Shown here one piece after another: positions 38,374 to 47,834 of a stretch of DNA of 47,834 nucleotides. The translations under genes and the position numbers were made by a program. This DNA comes from Thermodesulfobacteriota bacterium (GTDB lineage Bacteria; Desulfobacterota; GWC2-55-46; S146-70; JAUXIU01), in NCBI GenBank assembly GCA_046753505.1, contig JBHHTR010000001.1, positions 1 through 47,834 on the forward strand, written 5' to 3'. The number at the start of each line of letters is the position of its first letter. Within the stretch, counting starts at the first letter, position 1. The notes beneath the pieces were generated by a model. The model saw only the letters and a list, made by a program, of their open reading frames with translations. It was not told the DNA's origin and did no database searches.

Positions 38374-39594
38374 ATGCCACATGTAAAAAGGATTGAGGAT
38401 GCACTCAAGGATATACGGGATGGAAAGATTGTTATCCTTGTCGATGACGAGGACAGGGAGAATGAGGGCGATTTCTATGTTGCCGCCGAAAAGGTTACGT
38501 CCGAGTCGATTAACTTCATGGCCAAGTTCGGTAGGGGGCTCATCTGTCTGACCCTTACCGGGGAGCTGGCCGACCACCTGGGGCTTCCCCCCATGGTGTC
38601 GGAGAATACGGCCCTCCATAAGACCGCCTTTACCGTCTCGATTGACGCGGCTAGGGGCATAACCACAGGCATATCGGCGTCAGACAGGGCCAAGACCATC
38701 CTTGCCGCCATCGATGACAATGCAGTTCCAGATGATCTTGCCAGACCGGGTCACATCTTTCCCCTTACGGCCAGCAGGGGAGGTGTTCTGGTAAGGACGG
38801 GTCAGACAGAGGGGTCGGTAGACCTCGCACGCCTTGCCGGACTCAAGCCGGCAGGGGTGATATGTGAGATCATGAACGACGACGGTACGATGGCGAGGAT
38901 GCCAGACCTTGAGGTGCTGGCCGAGAAACACGGGTTGCAGATCATCTCCATAGCTGACGTTATTGAGTACCGCCTCAAGAGGGACCGCCTTGTCCATCGG
39001 ATTGCCGAAGTCAATCTGCCTACCAGGTATGGAGGAGAATTTACCGCCATTGCCTACCGTAATGACGTTGATATCCATGAGCACCTTGCGCTGATTAAGG
39101 GTGAGGTTACGCCCGATGAGCCAATTCTGGTGAGGGTTCATTCCGAGTGTTTGACGGGCGACGTCCTCGGGTCGGAGCGGTGCGACTGTGGCGATCAGTT
39201 GAAGGCCTCCATGGGCATGATCGAGAAGGAGGGACGAGGGGTAATCGTCTACATGCATCAGGAGGGGAGAGGGATCGGTCTTGGCAACAAGCTGAAGGCC
39301 TACGAGTTGCAGGACAATGGTCTCGATACGGTGGAGGCAAACGAGAGACTCGGTTTCGGCGCCGATCTGCGTGATTACGGCATCGGAGCCCAGATACTCC
39401 TAGACCTCGGTGTGGGGCAGATGCGCATAATGACCAACAACCCACGTAAGATTGTCGGCCTTGAGGGGTACGGTCTCGAGATGGTTGAGCGTGTTCCTAT
39501 CGAAACGAAACCACGGCTGAGGAATGCAGAGTACCTGAGAGTAAAGAAGGAGAAAATGGGCCACATGATTACCAACCTGAGAGTTGATAAATAA
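38374..39594 (+). CDS. ribBA: bifunctional 3,4-dihydroxy-2-butanone-4-phosphate synthase / GTP cyclohydrolase II
   Basis: 406 aa. [20 protein letters not shown] and CDCG motifs. Confidence 0.95.
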   Translation: MPHVKRIEDALKDIRDGKIVILVDDEDRENEGDFYVAAEKVTSESINFMAKFGRGLICLTLTGELADHLGLPPMVSENTALHKTAFTVSIDAARGITTGISASDRAKTILAAIDDNAVPDDLARPGHIFPLTASRGGVLVRTGQTEGSVDLARLAGLKPAGVICEIMNDDGTMARMPDLEVLAEKHGLQIISIADVIEYRLKRDRLVHRIAEVNLPTRYGGEFTAIAYRNDVDIHEHLALIKGEVTPDEPILVRVHSECLTGDVLGSERCDCGDQLKASMGMIEKEGRGVIVYMHQEGRGIGLGNKLKAYELQDNGLDTVEANERLGFGADLRDYGIGAQILLDLGVGQMRIMTNNPRKIVGLEGYGLEMVERVPIETKPRLRNAEYLRVKKEKMGHMITNLRVDK

Positions 39595-39603
39595 GGGGGG
39601 AGT

Positions 39604-40080
39604 ATGGCAAGGATCTTAGAAGGTGGGATGTCGTCAAAGGGGCTGAAGTTTGCTCTCATCGTGAGCAGGTTCAACGATTTTATCAGCAGTAAATTGAAGG
39701 ACGGCGCAATGGACGCCCTGCTTAGGAGCGGCGCCGCAGATGAGGATATAGAGATTGTGATGGTGCCAGGTTCATTCGAGATGCCCCTCGTGGCAAAGGT
39801 GCTGGCCGGGAGCGGAAAGTACGACGCCGTTATCTGTCTTGGCGCGGTCATACGGGGGGCGACGGCCCACTTCGAGTATGTAGCCGGTGAGGCGGCCAAG
39901 GGAATAGCCAGAGCTGCGCTGGAGAGTGAGATCCCCGTTGCCTTTGGGGTGATTACAGCCGACAATCTGGAGCAGGCCATCGAGAGGGCCGGCACGAAAT
40001 CGGGCAACAAGGGCAGGGATGCAGCCCTTACAGCCATTGAAATGGCAAACCTCCTCCGTGTGTTGGACAAAAAGGAGTAG
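39604..40080 (+). CDS. ribH: 6,7-dimethyl-8-ribityllumazine synthase
   Basis: 158 aa. VSRFN, VPGSFE and [14 protein letters not shown] motifs. Confidence 0.95.
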   Translation: MARILEGGMSSKGLKFALIVSRFNDFISSKLKDGAMDALLRSGAADEDIEIVMVPGSFEMPLVAKVLAGSGKYDAVICLGAVIRGATAHFEYVAGEAAKGIARAALESEIPVAFGVITADNLEQAIERAGTKSGNKGRDAALTAIEMANLLRVLDKKE

Positions 40081-40109
40081 ATGCCGTCATGAGAGCCCCG
40101 GTTAAATCT

Positions 40110-40188
40110 AAGACAGGTTCGCTTAATTCAGACCTTCCGCGCAAGATGGATCTATCGCCATTTCCTTTGGCGGTAAACCATTGAAAGC
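40110..40188 (-). repeat. family-1 partial copy E (half of module 1 plus modules 2-3)
   Basis: TTCAGACCTTCCGCGCAAGATGGATCTATCGCCATTTCCTTTGGCGGTAAACCATTGAAAG aligns with copy A 4175-4236. Confidence 0.75.
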
Positions 40189-40198
40189 GGGTCTCTAG

Positions 40199-40612
40199 TT
40201 GAAGAGAAGAAAGGCGAGAGAGGCGGCGCTACAGGCGCTCTACCAAAGGGATATAGCCGGTGTGGGTGATGGAGCGAAAGGTGGTGCGGTTCCTGCGGTC
40301 AGGGGGCACGACAAAGCTTTTACCGCGCTCCTTGTGAAAGGAACCATTGAGCGCCTTGCCGACATTGACGCGCTCATAGAGAAATTTGCCGTCCACTGGT
40401 CAATAGCACGGATGGCCGTGGTGGATCGCAATATTCTGCGGCTGGCCATCTTTGAGTTGCGCTACTTTGAAGAGACGCCATACCGGGTCGTCATCGATGA
40501 GGCCGTTGAACTTGCAAAGAAGTTTGGTTCCGATGAGTCGGGTTCGTTTATTAACGGTATCCTTGATGGTATCAGTAAGCTGGAGTCGTCTACTTCCACA
40601 ATAAACAGTTAA
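40199..40612 (+). CDS. nusB: transcription antitermination factor NusB
   Basis: 137 aa. RRKAREAALQALYQ, VVIDEAVELAKKFG, and ribH-nusB synteny. Apparent TTG start. Confidence 0.9.
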   Translation: MKRRKAREAALQALYQRDIAGVGDGAKGGAVPAVRGHDKAFTALLVKGTIERLADIDALIEKFAVHWSIARMAVVDRNILRLAIFELRYFEETPYRVVIDEAVELAKKFGSDESGSFINGILDGISKLESSTSTINS

Positions 40613-40624
40613 GGTGGTTATGCA

Positions 40625-41764
40625 ATGAATGTTAAGCTATTAGATCTGTCACAACAGTATAAGGGGATGAGGAGCGAGGTGCTCAAGGCGGTACGGGAGG
40701 TGTGTGACACACAGTCCTTTATCCTCGGCAGCCATGTCAAGGGGCTTGAAGAGGAGGTGGCCGACTTCTGTAACGTCAAACATGCCGTCGGCGTCGCTTC
40801 CGGCTCTGATGCGCTTCTCCTCTCTCTCATGGCCATCGGCGTTGGTCCTGGCGACAGGGTGCTGACTACCCCCTACACCTTCTTTGCGACGGCCAGCGCC
40901 ATCGTTCGCCTCGGCGCTACGCCGGTCTTTATCGATATAGATCGAGAGAGCTACAATATCGATCCTGACGGGATTGAGGAGTATCTCAGGAAGGCGGCAC
41001 GGCGCACCTCTCTCCGCAAATCGCTCAAGGCTATTATTCCGGTCCACCTCTTCGGTCAGTGCGCCGATATGTCGCCAATACTCGCTCTGGCCAGGCAGTA
41101 CGGCCTCAAGGTTGTTGAGGATGCGGCTCAGTCCATCGGCTCTGAATACAGAGGAAAACGGGCGGGCGCCATCGGGGATACTGGGTGTCTCTCTTTCTAT
41201 CCATCGAAGAACCTCGGAGGTTTCGGAGACGGCGGCATGGTGCTTACCAACAAAAAGGGGCTTGCAGAGCGGTTGCGTATTTTACGGGTTCACGGCTGTA
41301 AAAAGAAGTACTACCACCAGTACATAGGAGTCAACAGCCGCCTCGACGAGATACAGGCGGCGGTTCTGCGGCTTAAACTGACCCGACTGACAGGATGGGA
41401 GGAGGGGAGGATAGCAAATGCGAGCCGATACGACAGGCTCTTCAAGGCCGTTGGCCTTACCGATATCGTTACCCTTCCCGTTATCCATCCGGGCAACCAC
41501 TCTATCTTTAATCAGTATGTTCTTAGGGTAAAGAAGCGAGACGCCTTGCGGGCCCATCTGGCCGCCAAGGGTATCGGATCGGAGATTTACTATCCCGTCC
41601 CCCTTCATCTCCAGCAATGTTTCAGGGAGTTCGGCTATAAACGCGGTTCACTGCCGGTATCCGAGAGGGCTGCCAGGGAGACCATTGCCCTCCCCATATA
41701 TCCAGAGCTTAAGGCAAAGGAGCAGCGCTACGTTGTTGAGACCATAGGCGAATTTTATGGATAG
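40625..41764 (+). CDS. DegT/DnrJ/EryC1/StrS family sugar aminotransferase
   Basis: 379 aa. PLP fold with the FYPSKNLGGFGDGG lysine motif. Confidence 0.85.
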   Translation: MNVKLLDLSQQYKGMRSEVLKAVREVCDTQSFILGSHVKGLEEEVADFCNVKHAVGVASGSDALLLSLMAIGVGPGDRVLTTPYTFFATASAIVRLGATPVFIDIDRESYNIDPDGIEEYLRKAARRTSLRKSLKAIIPVHLFGQCADMSPILALARQYGLKVVEDAAQSIGSEYRGKRAGAIGDTGCLSFYPSKNLGGFGDGGMVLTNKKGLAERLRILRVHGCKKKYYHQYIGVNSRLDEIQAAVLRLKLTRLTGWEEGRIANASRYDRLFKAVGLTDIVTLPVIHPGNHSIFNQYVLRVKKRDALRAHLAAKGIGSEIYYPVPLHLQQCFREFGYKRGSLPVSERAARETIALPIYPELKAKEQRYVVETIGEFYG

Positions 41765-41854
41765 CCCTTATGATATGAGAAATAATTTTTTCATTGGTAA
41801 TCGCAGATCCATCCTGTGCGATGAACGCTTGTAACCGCAGGAGCAGAAAAGTCC

Positions 41855-42811
41855 ATGGCAAAGCGTACACTTGTAACGGGAGGGGCCGGATTTATCGGCT
41901 CACACCTCTGCGAACGCCTCTTGAGAGAGGGGCGGGAGGTACTCTGTCTCGATAACTTTTTTACCGGCAGAAAAATAAATATTGCCCATCTCATGTCCAA
42001 CCCGACCTTTGAACTGGTCAGACACGACATAACAGAGCCGATCCTCCTTGAGGTGGATGAGATCTATAACCTCGCCTGTCCCGCCTCGCCTGTTCACTAC
42101 CAGCACAACCCGGTCAAGACGATAAAGACCAATGTTATGGGGGCCCTGAATATGCTCGGTCTCGCAAAGAGGGTCAATGCGAGGATACTTCAGGCATCGA
42201 CATCCGAGGTTTACGGCGATCCAAAAGAGCACCCCCAGAAGGAGGGGTACTGGGGGCATGTTAATCCCATCGGTCCCAGGGCCTGCTACGACGAGGGTAA
42301 ACGGTGCGCCGAGTCACTCATGACCTCCTATCATCAGCAGAACGGAGTAGATATACGGGTGGTCCGTATATTTAATACCTACGGACCGAGAATGCTCGTG
42401 GATGATGGCAGGGTAGTGAGTAATTTTATCGTACAGGCCCTTCGTGGCGAGGCGATTACCATCTACGGTGATGGCAGCCAGACCCGCTCCTTCTGCTATG
42501 TCGATAATCTGGTTGACGCGCTGCTCAAGATGATGGCGTGTGATGACTTCACCGGCCCGGTTAATCTGGGGAACCCCGTGGAGTTTACCATACTGGATTT
42601 GGCTAAGATGGTGCAGAAGCTGATAAACAGCGACCTGAAGCTGGTCTTTCAACCATTGCCGGAGGATGACCCCGTCCAGCGCCAGCCCGACATTACTCTT
42701 GCAAAGAGCAAACTCGACTGGTACCCTCAAGTTGCTATTGACGAAGGGATTGTGAAGACCATCGATTACTTCAGGGAGACACTGGGCATTCCGCAGGAAC
42801 CTGCAAGATAA
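41855..42811 (+). CDS. UDP-glucuronate decarboxylase (UXS-type SDR)
   Basis: 318 aa. [18 protein letters not shown] and YDEGKR catalytic motifs, [10 protein letters not shown]. Confidence 0.8.
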   Translation: MAKRTLVTGGAGFIGSHLCERLLREGREVLCLDNFFTGRKINIAHLMSNPTFELVRHDITEPILLEVDEIYNLACPASPVHYQHNPVKTIKTNVMGALNMLGLAKRVNARILQASTSEVYGDPKEHPQKEGYWGHVNPIGPRACYDEGKRCAESLMTSYHQQNGVDIRVVRIFNTYGPRMLVDDGRVVSNFIVQALRGEAITIYGDGSQTRSFCYVDNLVDALLKMMACDDFTGPVNLGNPVEFTILDLAKMVQKLINSDLKLVFQPLPEDDPVQRQPDITLAKSKLDWYPQVAIDEGIVKTIDYFRETLGIPQEPAR

Positions 42812-42863
42812 CGCGCTCCGTGCGCGTCTACTATTCACAACTCAAAAAGGAGGGAGTAGAAAA

Positions 42864-43190
42864 ATGAAGAAGTGTACAAAGTGGGTCGGTTTTTTTATGA
42901 TAATAGGCGCTCTTTACTTCTGGTACAAGTCGTACTTTGCAGTGGAAGAGGATGAGGAGCCCTACGACTTCTATCAGGCCCCTTCTGTCGAAGAGCCGGG
43001 GCTGGACATTAACAGCGCCACCGCTGAGGAGTTGCAAGGGGTGAGGGGTGTGGGTGAGAGCCTGGCAGAGCGAATCGTTGAGTACAGGAATGAGCATGGC
43101 CCCTTCCTGACAGTGGATGATCTGAGACAGGTAAGCGGGGTCGGTGAGCATAACTTTAATACATTGCGCGACCAGTTGGTAGTGGGGTAG
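42864..43190 (+). CDS. ComEA-like helix-hairpin-helix DNA-binding protein
   Basis: 108 aa. N-terminal TM helix, then INSATAEELQGVRGVGESLAERIVEYR and a second HhH (LRQVSGVGEHNF). Confidence 0.75.
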   Translation: MKKCTKWVGFFMIIGALYFWYKSYFAVEEDEEPYDFYQAPSVEEPGLDINSATAEELQGVRGVGESLAERIVEYRNEHGPFLTVDDLRQVSGVGEHNFNTLRDQLVVG

Positions 43191-43478
43191 GTAGAGCTCT
43201 TGGTGTGGCAATGATTATCGGTGCGCCTGGATAGACGACTCGTACCGATATATTGCTTGCCGGACTACATGCAATACAATCACATAGCCAGCCTGTTATA
43301 TTTTGCAGAGAGGGGCGCGTGCCGCTTACTCACTAAGCCAAGGTGCAATCCCATTACCGACAACTTTACCGCAGGGAGTCTCGGAAAGTTTGTTCGCTAA
43401 CTTTTCAAAGGCGTAACCCTGCGTCGATGAAGGCTGAATCAATCAGCCCACGCCGTTGCTACACATGGAGGTGTTACT

Positions 43479-44573
43479 GTGGAAGAAGATTCAATAGAGC
43501 TGATTGATTACCTTAGGATCATCTGGAAACGGAAGGGTCTGATAATTGCTGGAACCCTTCTATGCATGGTCGCCGCCGGTGTGGTGAGTTTCACGCAGCC
43601 CAGGGTGTACAGAGCTACGTCTGTAATAGAGATAGGCACAATAACCCTTGCGGGCCAGGTTCTCCCTGTTGAAAAGCCCGGCGATACCAAGGAAAAAATC
43701 GAGAGCGCCTTTATTCAGAACGTTGTAGAGGATCTTAAATTCCCTGAACCATTTTTGCCAGCTATAAAGGTTGCCAACCCAAAGGGCACCAGAGTTTTAA
43801 AAATAGGCGTTGATTCGCCGTCCGGGAGCATTGAAGAGGCGGTAAAAGTATTGGAAGAGCTCAACGCCGTCATTGTAAATGACCATAGAAAAATCATACA
43901 GAGTTCCAAGACTGCATTGCAGAACAGGATTAAAGCCCTGAACCTGCAGTCAAGCACCTTAAAAGATGAGAAGAAGTCTTTATTACAAAAGCACGCATTG
44001 CAGGTTCAGGCCTTAAAAGGTGAGAAGGATGCGTTAACACAAAAGCTCTCACTGCTAAAGAAGAATCGTGAGGATATTCAAGAACAGATTAAAGTGTTGG
44101 GAAAGAGGATTGAGAAACTGTTCAGTGAAAAGGAGAGGCTCAACCTGGATGCCAATCCCGACAATACCTTAAGTATACTGGTTTTCTCTAATGAAATTCA
44201 GCGATATCAACGTTACTATAATGAACTCCAGGAAAAACTAAGTTATGATCTGGCAAACCAAGAAGTTGATATGGGTGTGAAACTTGATAGTAAAAACGAT
44301 GCGCTTAAAACCATAGAAATAGATATAAAGAGAAAACTGGCGAATAAAGACGAAAAGCTTAAGAACATTGAACTAACAAAACAAAATATTCAAGAACGCC
44401 TGGACAATTTCAACGAAACTACCGTAATAAAAGCGCCAAGCTATGATGAGGTAGCTGTGCCGCCAAAGATAAAGCTCAACATCCTCCTTGCGGGCATGGC
44501 GGGGGTAATGTTCTTTCTTTTTCTGGCATTCTTATTGGAGTACATCAATAGGACACGGGAGCAGTCGATGTGA
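43479..44573 (+). CDS. Wzz / polysaccharide co-polymerase (chain-length determinant) family protein
   Basis: 364 aa. N-terminal IELIDYLRIIWKRKGLI plus TM helix, long coiled-coil periplasmic region, C-terminal TM helix. GTG start. Confidence 0.6.
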   Translation: MEEDSIELIDYLRIIWKRKGLIIAGTLLCMVAAGVVSFTQPRVYRATSVIEIGTITLAGQVLPVEKPGDTKEKIESAFIQNVVEDLKFPEPFLPAIKVANPKGTRVLKIGVDSPSGSIEEAVKVLEELNAVIVNDHRKIIQSSKTALQNRIKALNLQSSTLKDEKKSLLQKHALQVQALKGEKDALTQKLSLLKKNREDIQEQIKVLGKRIEKLFSEKERLNLDANPDNTLSILVFSNEIQRYQRYYNELQEKLSYDLANQEVDMGVKLDSKNDALKTIEIDIKRKLANKDEKLKNIELTKQNIQERLDNFNETTVIKAPSYDEVAVPPKIKLNILLAGMAGVMFFLFLAFLLEYINRTREQSM

Positions 44574-44647
44574 GCAGCCCCTTAGAGGTGTGTTCAAGGA
44601 GCGGATCTGTTTGCAGATAGAGGGTGTGATATGAGTTGGAGAGAGCA

Positions 44648-45658
44648 ATGATACGAGAGGCCGTAGCAAAGGTAGTTGTATCCCAGGACCTGGCCGAGAC
44701 TGAGATGATTGAGGTCATGAATGAGATCATGAGCGGCGGGGCGGGTCCGGCCCAGATCGGCGCCTTCATCACTGCGCTGAGGATGAAGGGGGAGACGGTT
44801 GCCGAGATAACGGGGGCCGCACGGGTCATGCGTGAGAAGGCGACACGGATCGAGGTAGAGGCGGAGCGGGTCGTCGATACGTGCGGCACAGGCGGCGATG
44901 GGTCGATGACCTTCAACATCTCTACGGCGGCCGCCTTTGTCGTGGCGGGGGCCGGCGTTGTGGTGGCAAAACACGGGAACAGGTCGGTCTCCTCCAGGAG
45001 CGGAAGCGCAGATGTCCTGAGGGCGCTGGGAGTGAACATCGAGGCTGAGGTGGAGCGCGTTGAGGAGTGTATCAGTACGGTCGGGATAGGCTTCCTCTTT
45101 GCCCCTCTCCTCCACGGCGCAATGAAGTATGCCGCACCAGTGAGACGGGAGGTCGGTATCAGGACCGTATTTAATATCCTCGGTCCACTTACAAATCCGG
45201 CTGGCGCACGTTTCCAGCTTCTGGGCGTCTACGACCCACTCCTGACCGATATCATGGCCCAGGTATTGAACAACCTTGGCTCCAAGCGGGCCTTTGTCGT
45301 AAGAGGTGAGGATGGCCTCGACGAAATAACCCTTACCACTGTGACAAAAATTACAGAACTGAAGGACGGTTCCATACGATCATACACCCTGACACCGGAA
45401 GAGCTTGGTTTTCAGCGGTGCGCCCCGGACGATCTCAAGGGGGGTGACGGGGCGGAGAATGCCGCAATCATACTCGATATCTTCAAGGGCAAGGGGGGGG
45501 CGAAGAGAGACATTGTTATCATGAACGCCGCTGCGGCCATTGTCGCCGGAGGGGGCGTGGAAAAGCTCGATGAGGGTGTTGCCATCGCCAGGGGAGTAAT
45601 AGATCAGGGGTTGGCTCTGGAAAAACTGGAGGCCCTGAGAGAGATGACCAACCGATGA
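44648..45658 (+). CDS. trpD: anthranilate phosphoribosyltransferase
   Basis: GAFITALRMKGET, DTCGTGGDG and KHGNRSVSS motifs. ATG 44648 (SD GGAGAG) preferred over TTG 44636. Confidence 0.9.
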   Translation: MIREAVAKVVVSQDLAETEMIEVMNEIMSGGAGPAQIGAFITALRMKGETVAEITGAARVMREKATRIEVEAERVVDTCGTGGDGSMTFNISTAAAFVVAGAGVVVAKHGNRSVSSRSGSADVLRALGVNIEAEVERVEECISTVGIGFLFAPLLHGAMKYAAPVRREVGIRTVFNILGPLTNPAGARFQLLGVYDPLLTDIMAQVLNNLGSKRAFVVRGEDGLDEITLTTVTKITELKDGSIRSYTLTPEELGFQRCAPDDLKGGDGAENAAIILDIFKGKGGAKRDIVIMNAAAAIVAGGGVEKLDEGVAIARGVIDQGLALEKLEALREMTNR

Positions 45659-46464
45659 TCCTCGACGAGATCGTTGCCCATAAGAGGCGGGTCTATGAGG
45701 AGCTTCTTTCAGGAGAGCCGGTTGGAAGACTCATAGGAGAGCTGGAAAGGAGGATTGAGACCCTTCCCGCCCCGCGAGATTTTATAAAGGGGTTCACCGA
45801 AGATGGCGTCAACATTATCGCGGAGATCAAGAAGGCGTCGCCATCGGCGGGGATTATCAGGGAGGGGTTTGATCCAGTTGAGTTGGCTTATCAATACGAG
45901 CAGAACGGCGCAAGGGCCATATCGGTTCTGACAGACGAGCGCTACTTTCAGGGGGATATCGCCTATATCAACACGATAAAGGGTAAGGTTGAGCTTCCCC
46001 TCCTCAGAAAGGACTTCCTCCTGGAGGAGTACAATATCTATGAGTCTAGGGCTGCCGGCGCTGACTGTCTCCTCCTCATTGTGAGGATACTCGAAGGGGG
46101 GAGACTGAAGAGGCTCTTTGAACTTGCCCGATCCCTTGGTATGGAGGCCCTCATTGAGGTGCACGACGAAGAGGAGCTGGAGAGAGCCCTTGCCATAGGA
46201 GCGAAGCTGATCGGGATCAACAATCGGGATCTCGACACCCTTGAGGTGAACATCGCCACCACCCTTAGCCTCATGGAGAGAGTAGCTAACGAGGGAAGCT
46301 CCGGTGACAAGGTCATCATCAGCGAGAGCGGCATATCGAGTTTCGGGGAGATAGAGCGGCTCATGGATGCCGGGGTCTCAGGCTTTCTTGTCGGCGAGTC
46401 TATCCTCCGGGAGAGCGATGTGGGTGGAAAGCTGAGGGGATTGCGTGGCGTTGGTGAGAATTAA
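45655..46464 (+). CDS. trpC: indole-3-glycerol phosphate synthase
   Basis: 269 aa. IIAEIKKASPS, LRKDF, IGINNRDL and ESGI motifs. Confidence 0.9.
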   Translation: MILDEIVAHKRRVYEELLSGEPVGRLIGELERRIETLPAPRDFIKGFTEDGVNIIAEIKKASPSAGIIREGFDPVELAYQYEQNGARAISVLTDERYFQGDIAYINTIKGKVELPLLRKDFLLEEYNIYESRAAGADCLLLIVRILEGGRLKRLFELARSLGMEALIEVHDEEELERALAIGAKLIGINNRDLDTLEVNIATTLSLMERVANEGSSGDKVIISESGISSFGEIERLMDAGVSGFLVGESILRESDVGGKLRGLRGVGEN

Positions 46465-47065
46465 AATCTGCGGGATAACCAACTGTGAAGACGCCCTTGG
46501 CGTTTGTGAGGCAGGCGCCGATGCTGTTGGCTTTATATTCTTTCAGGGGAGCAGGCGGTACGTTGACCCGGACGAGGCGAGGCAGATAGTGAAGGCTCTC
46601 CCGCCATTTGTAACGACGGTCGGCGTCTTTGTCGATGCAAGTCACGATACTATAGCGGAAATTGTGGAACTGGCGGGGCTGGACGTCGTTCAACTCCACG
46701 GCGACGAATCACCAGACTTTTGCGCCGCAGTTAAGATGCCGGTTATCAAGGCATTCAGGGTGTCCGATGGTGAGATGGCCGGTGAGCTTGCACGATACAC
46801 CGTCTCTGCATGCCTCCTCGATACCTACCGGAAGGGGATTCCAGGCGGCACTGGTGAGAGCTTCGACTGGGAGATTGCAAGAAAAGTCACACCCTGCGCC
46901 AGGGTCATACTGGCAGGTGGGCTTACACCGGAGAATGTTGCCGATGCCGTGGGTCAGGTGAAACCATACGGTGTCGATGTGTCGGGCGGTGTAGAGCAGA
47001 GTGAGGGGAAAAAGGATATGGATAGGGTAAGACGCTTCATAGAGAGCGCCAGAGGAGCGGCATGA
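46445..47065 (+). CDS. trpF: phosphoribosylanthranilate isomerase
   Basis: 206 aa. IKICGIT, VQLHG, LLD..........GGTG and LAGGL motifs. Confidence 0.9.
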   Translation: MALVRIKICGITNCEDALGVCEAGADAVGFIFFQGSRRYVDPDEARQIVKALPPFVTTVGVFVDASHDTIAEIVELAGLDVVQLHGDESPDFCAAVKMPVIKAFRVSDGEMAGELARYTVSACLLDTYRKGIPGGTGESFDWEIARKVTPCARVILAGGLTPENVADAVGQVKPYGVDVSGGVEQSEGKKDMDRVRRFIESARGAA

Positions 47066-47834
47066 GTGTAAAAGAGTTGGATGAATCCTTTGAGGAACTC
47101 CCCGACGGGAGTGGCCACTTCGGGCAGTACGGCGGCAGGTACATATCAGAGACGCTCATGCCGGCGGTTATCGAGCTGGAGAGGGCCTACCGTAGGCTAA
47201 AAAGTGAGAAACGGTTTACGAAGGAGCTGGACTACTACTTAAGTGAGTATGTAGGGAGGCCGACTCCCCTCTACTTCGCGAAGAGGCTCACCGAGAGAGC
47301 CAGAGGGGCGCGAATCTACCTGAAACGGGAGGATCTCTGCCACACCGGGGCCCACAAGATAAATAATACCATTGGACAGGCCCTTCTCGCCGTGAGGATG
47401 GGGAAAAAACGTCTCATCGCCGAGACGGGGGCCGGTCAGCACGGCGTTGCCACCGCCACCGTCGCCGCCATGTTCGGTCTCAAGTGCGAGATATACATGG
47501 GGAGCGAGGATATAGAGAGGCAAAAGCCGAACGTCTTCAGGATGAAACTTCTTGGCGCCACTGTTAATCCCGTTACTTCGGGAAGCTGTACGCTCAAGGA
47601 CGCCATGAACGAGGCCATACGTGACTGGATTACCAACGTCTACGATACCTTCTACATAATAGGAAGCGTTGCCGGTCCGCACCCCTATCCCATGATAGTA
47701 AGGGACTTCCAGGCGGTTATCGGGAGGGAGGCAAGGAGGCAGGTGATGGAGATGACGGGGAGGTTGCCCGACTGCCTCATCGCCTGCGTCGGCGGCGGTA
47801 GCAACGCCATGGGGCTCTTCCACCCTTTCCTTCA
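47062..47834 (+). CDS. trpB: tryptophan synthase beta chain (3'-truncated by the window end)
   Basis: My own translation from ATG 47062: [27 protein letters not shown]...[16 protein letters not shown]...ETGAGQHG. Not in the ORF track because it runs off the window. Confidence 0.9.
   Translation, partial: MSVKELDESFEELPDGSGHFGQYGGRYISETLMPAVIELERAYRRLKSEKRFTKELDYYLSEYVGRPTPLYFAKRLTERARGARIYLKREDLCHTGAHKINNTIGQALLAVRMGKKRLIAETGAGQHGVATATVAAMFGLKCEIYMGSEDIERQKPNVFRMKLLGATVNPVTSGSCTLKDAMNEAIRDWITNVYDTFYIIGSVAGPHPYPMIVRDFQAVIGREARRQVMEMTGRLPDCLIACVGGGSNAMGLFHPFL

Noticed and set aside
44630-44650. Tiny uORF ATG AGT TGG AGA GAG CAA TGA (MSWREQ*), whose stop overlaps the trpD ATG. It looked like a possible trp leader peptide.
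   Set aside because: It has only a single Trp codon, no terminator/antiterminator hairpins and only about 60 nt of spacer. It is also out of frame with an alternative TTG start of trpD. Most likely coincidence.
1-47834. Search for a defence, mobile or secondary-metabolite gene cluster (restriction-modification, toxin-antitoxin, Cas, retron, abortive infection, integrase, transposase).
   Set aside because: Every ORF of credible length is assignable to a housekeeping family, apart from the omptin-like OMP and the GlcF-like protein. No candidate multi-gene accessory system was found.

Overview
The window looks like about 47.8 kb of densely packed core chromosome from a moderately GC-rich bacterium. 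All calls come from reading the ORF translations and the DNA by eye, with no database search. I call 47 protein genes and one ncRNA.

Gene order:
- Minus strand: MBL-fold hydrolase, DUF523, then a secG-tpiA-pgk-gap glycolytic operon, and aroD.
- Plus strand, in order:
  - a two-subunit biotin-dependent carboxylase (PycA/PycB-like)
  - an AEC permease
  - an orphan GlcF-like Fe-S protein
  - (minus strand) an omptin-like outer-membrane barrel
  - a GapN-like aldehyde dehydrogenase, a ferredoxin, gltB-gltD
  - zapB-like, zapA, 6S RNA, 5-formyl-THF cyclo-ligase
  - rny-ymdB-tyrS
  - yceD-rpmF-plsX-fabH-fabD-fabG-acpP-fabF
  - rpiB-glyA
  - nrdR-ribD-ribE-ribBA-ribH-nusB
  - a DegT aminotransferase, UDP-glucuronate decarboxylase, ComEA-like protein and Wzz-like protein
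  - trpD-trpC-trpF-trpB (truncated at the window end)

I see no transposase, integrase, phage gene, cas gene, CRISPR array, toxin-antitoxin pair or recognisable defence gene. I could not find a novel protein-coding system.

The structure that the genes do not explain is in the intergenic spacers. A 149-bp element made of five hairpins (family 1) occurs as two full copies in opposite orientation, about 10 mismatches apart. It also occurs as at least five partial or miniature copies. A second unit of about 150 bp (family 2) has 19-bp inverted ends, occurs once complete, and has two solo ends.

The modules are shuffled in a mosaic, BIME/Correia-like fashion and sit inside operons. In two cases the family-1 end supplies the Shine-Dalgarno sequence 8 nt upstream of the start codon. 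That SD-containing arm can pair in two mutually exclusive ways. This repeat system is my best candidate for something undescribed, but its function is inference only.
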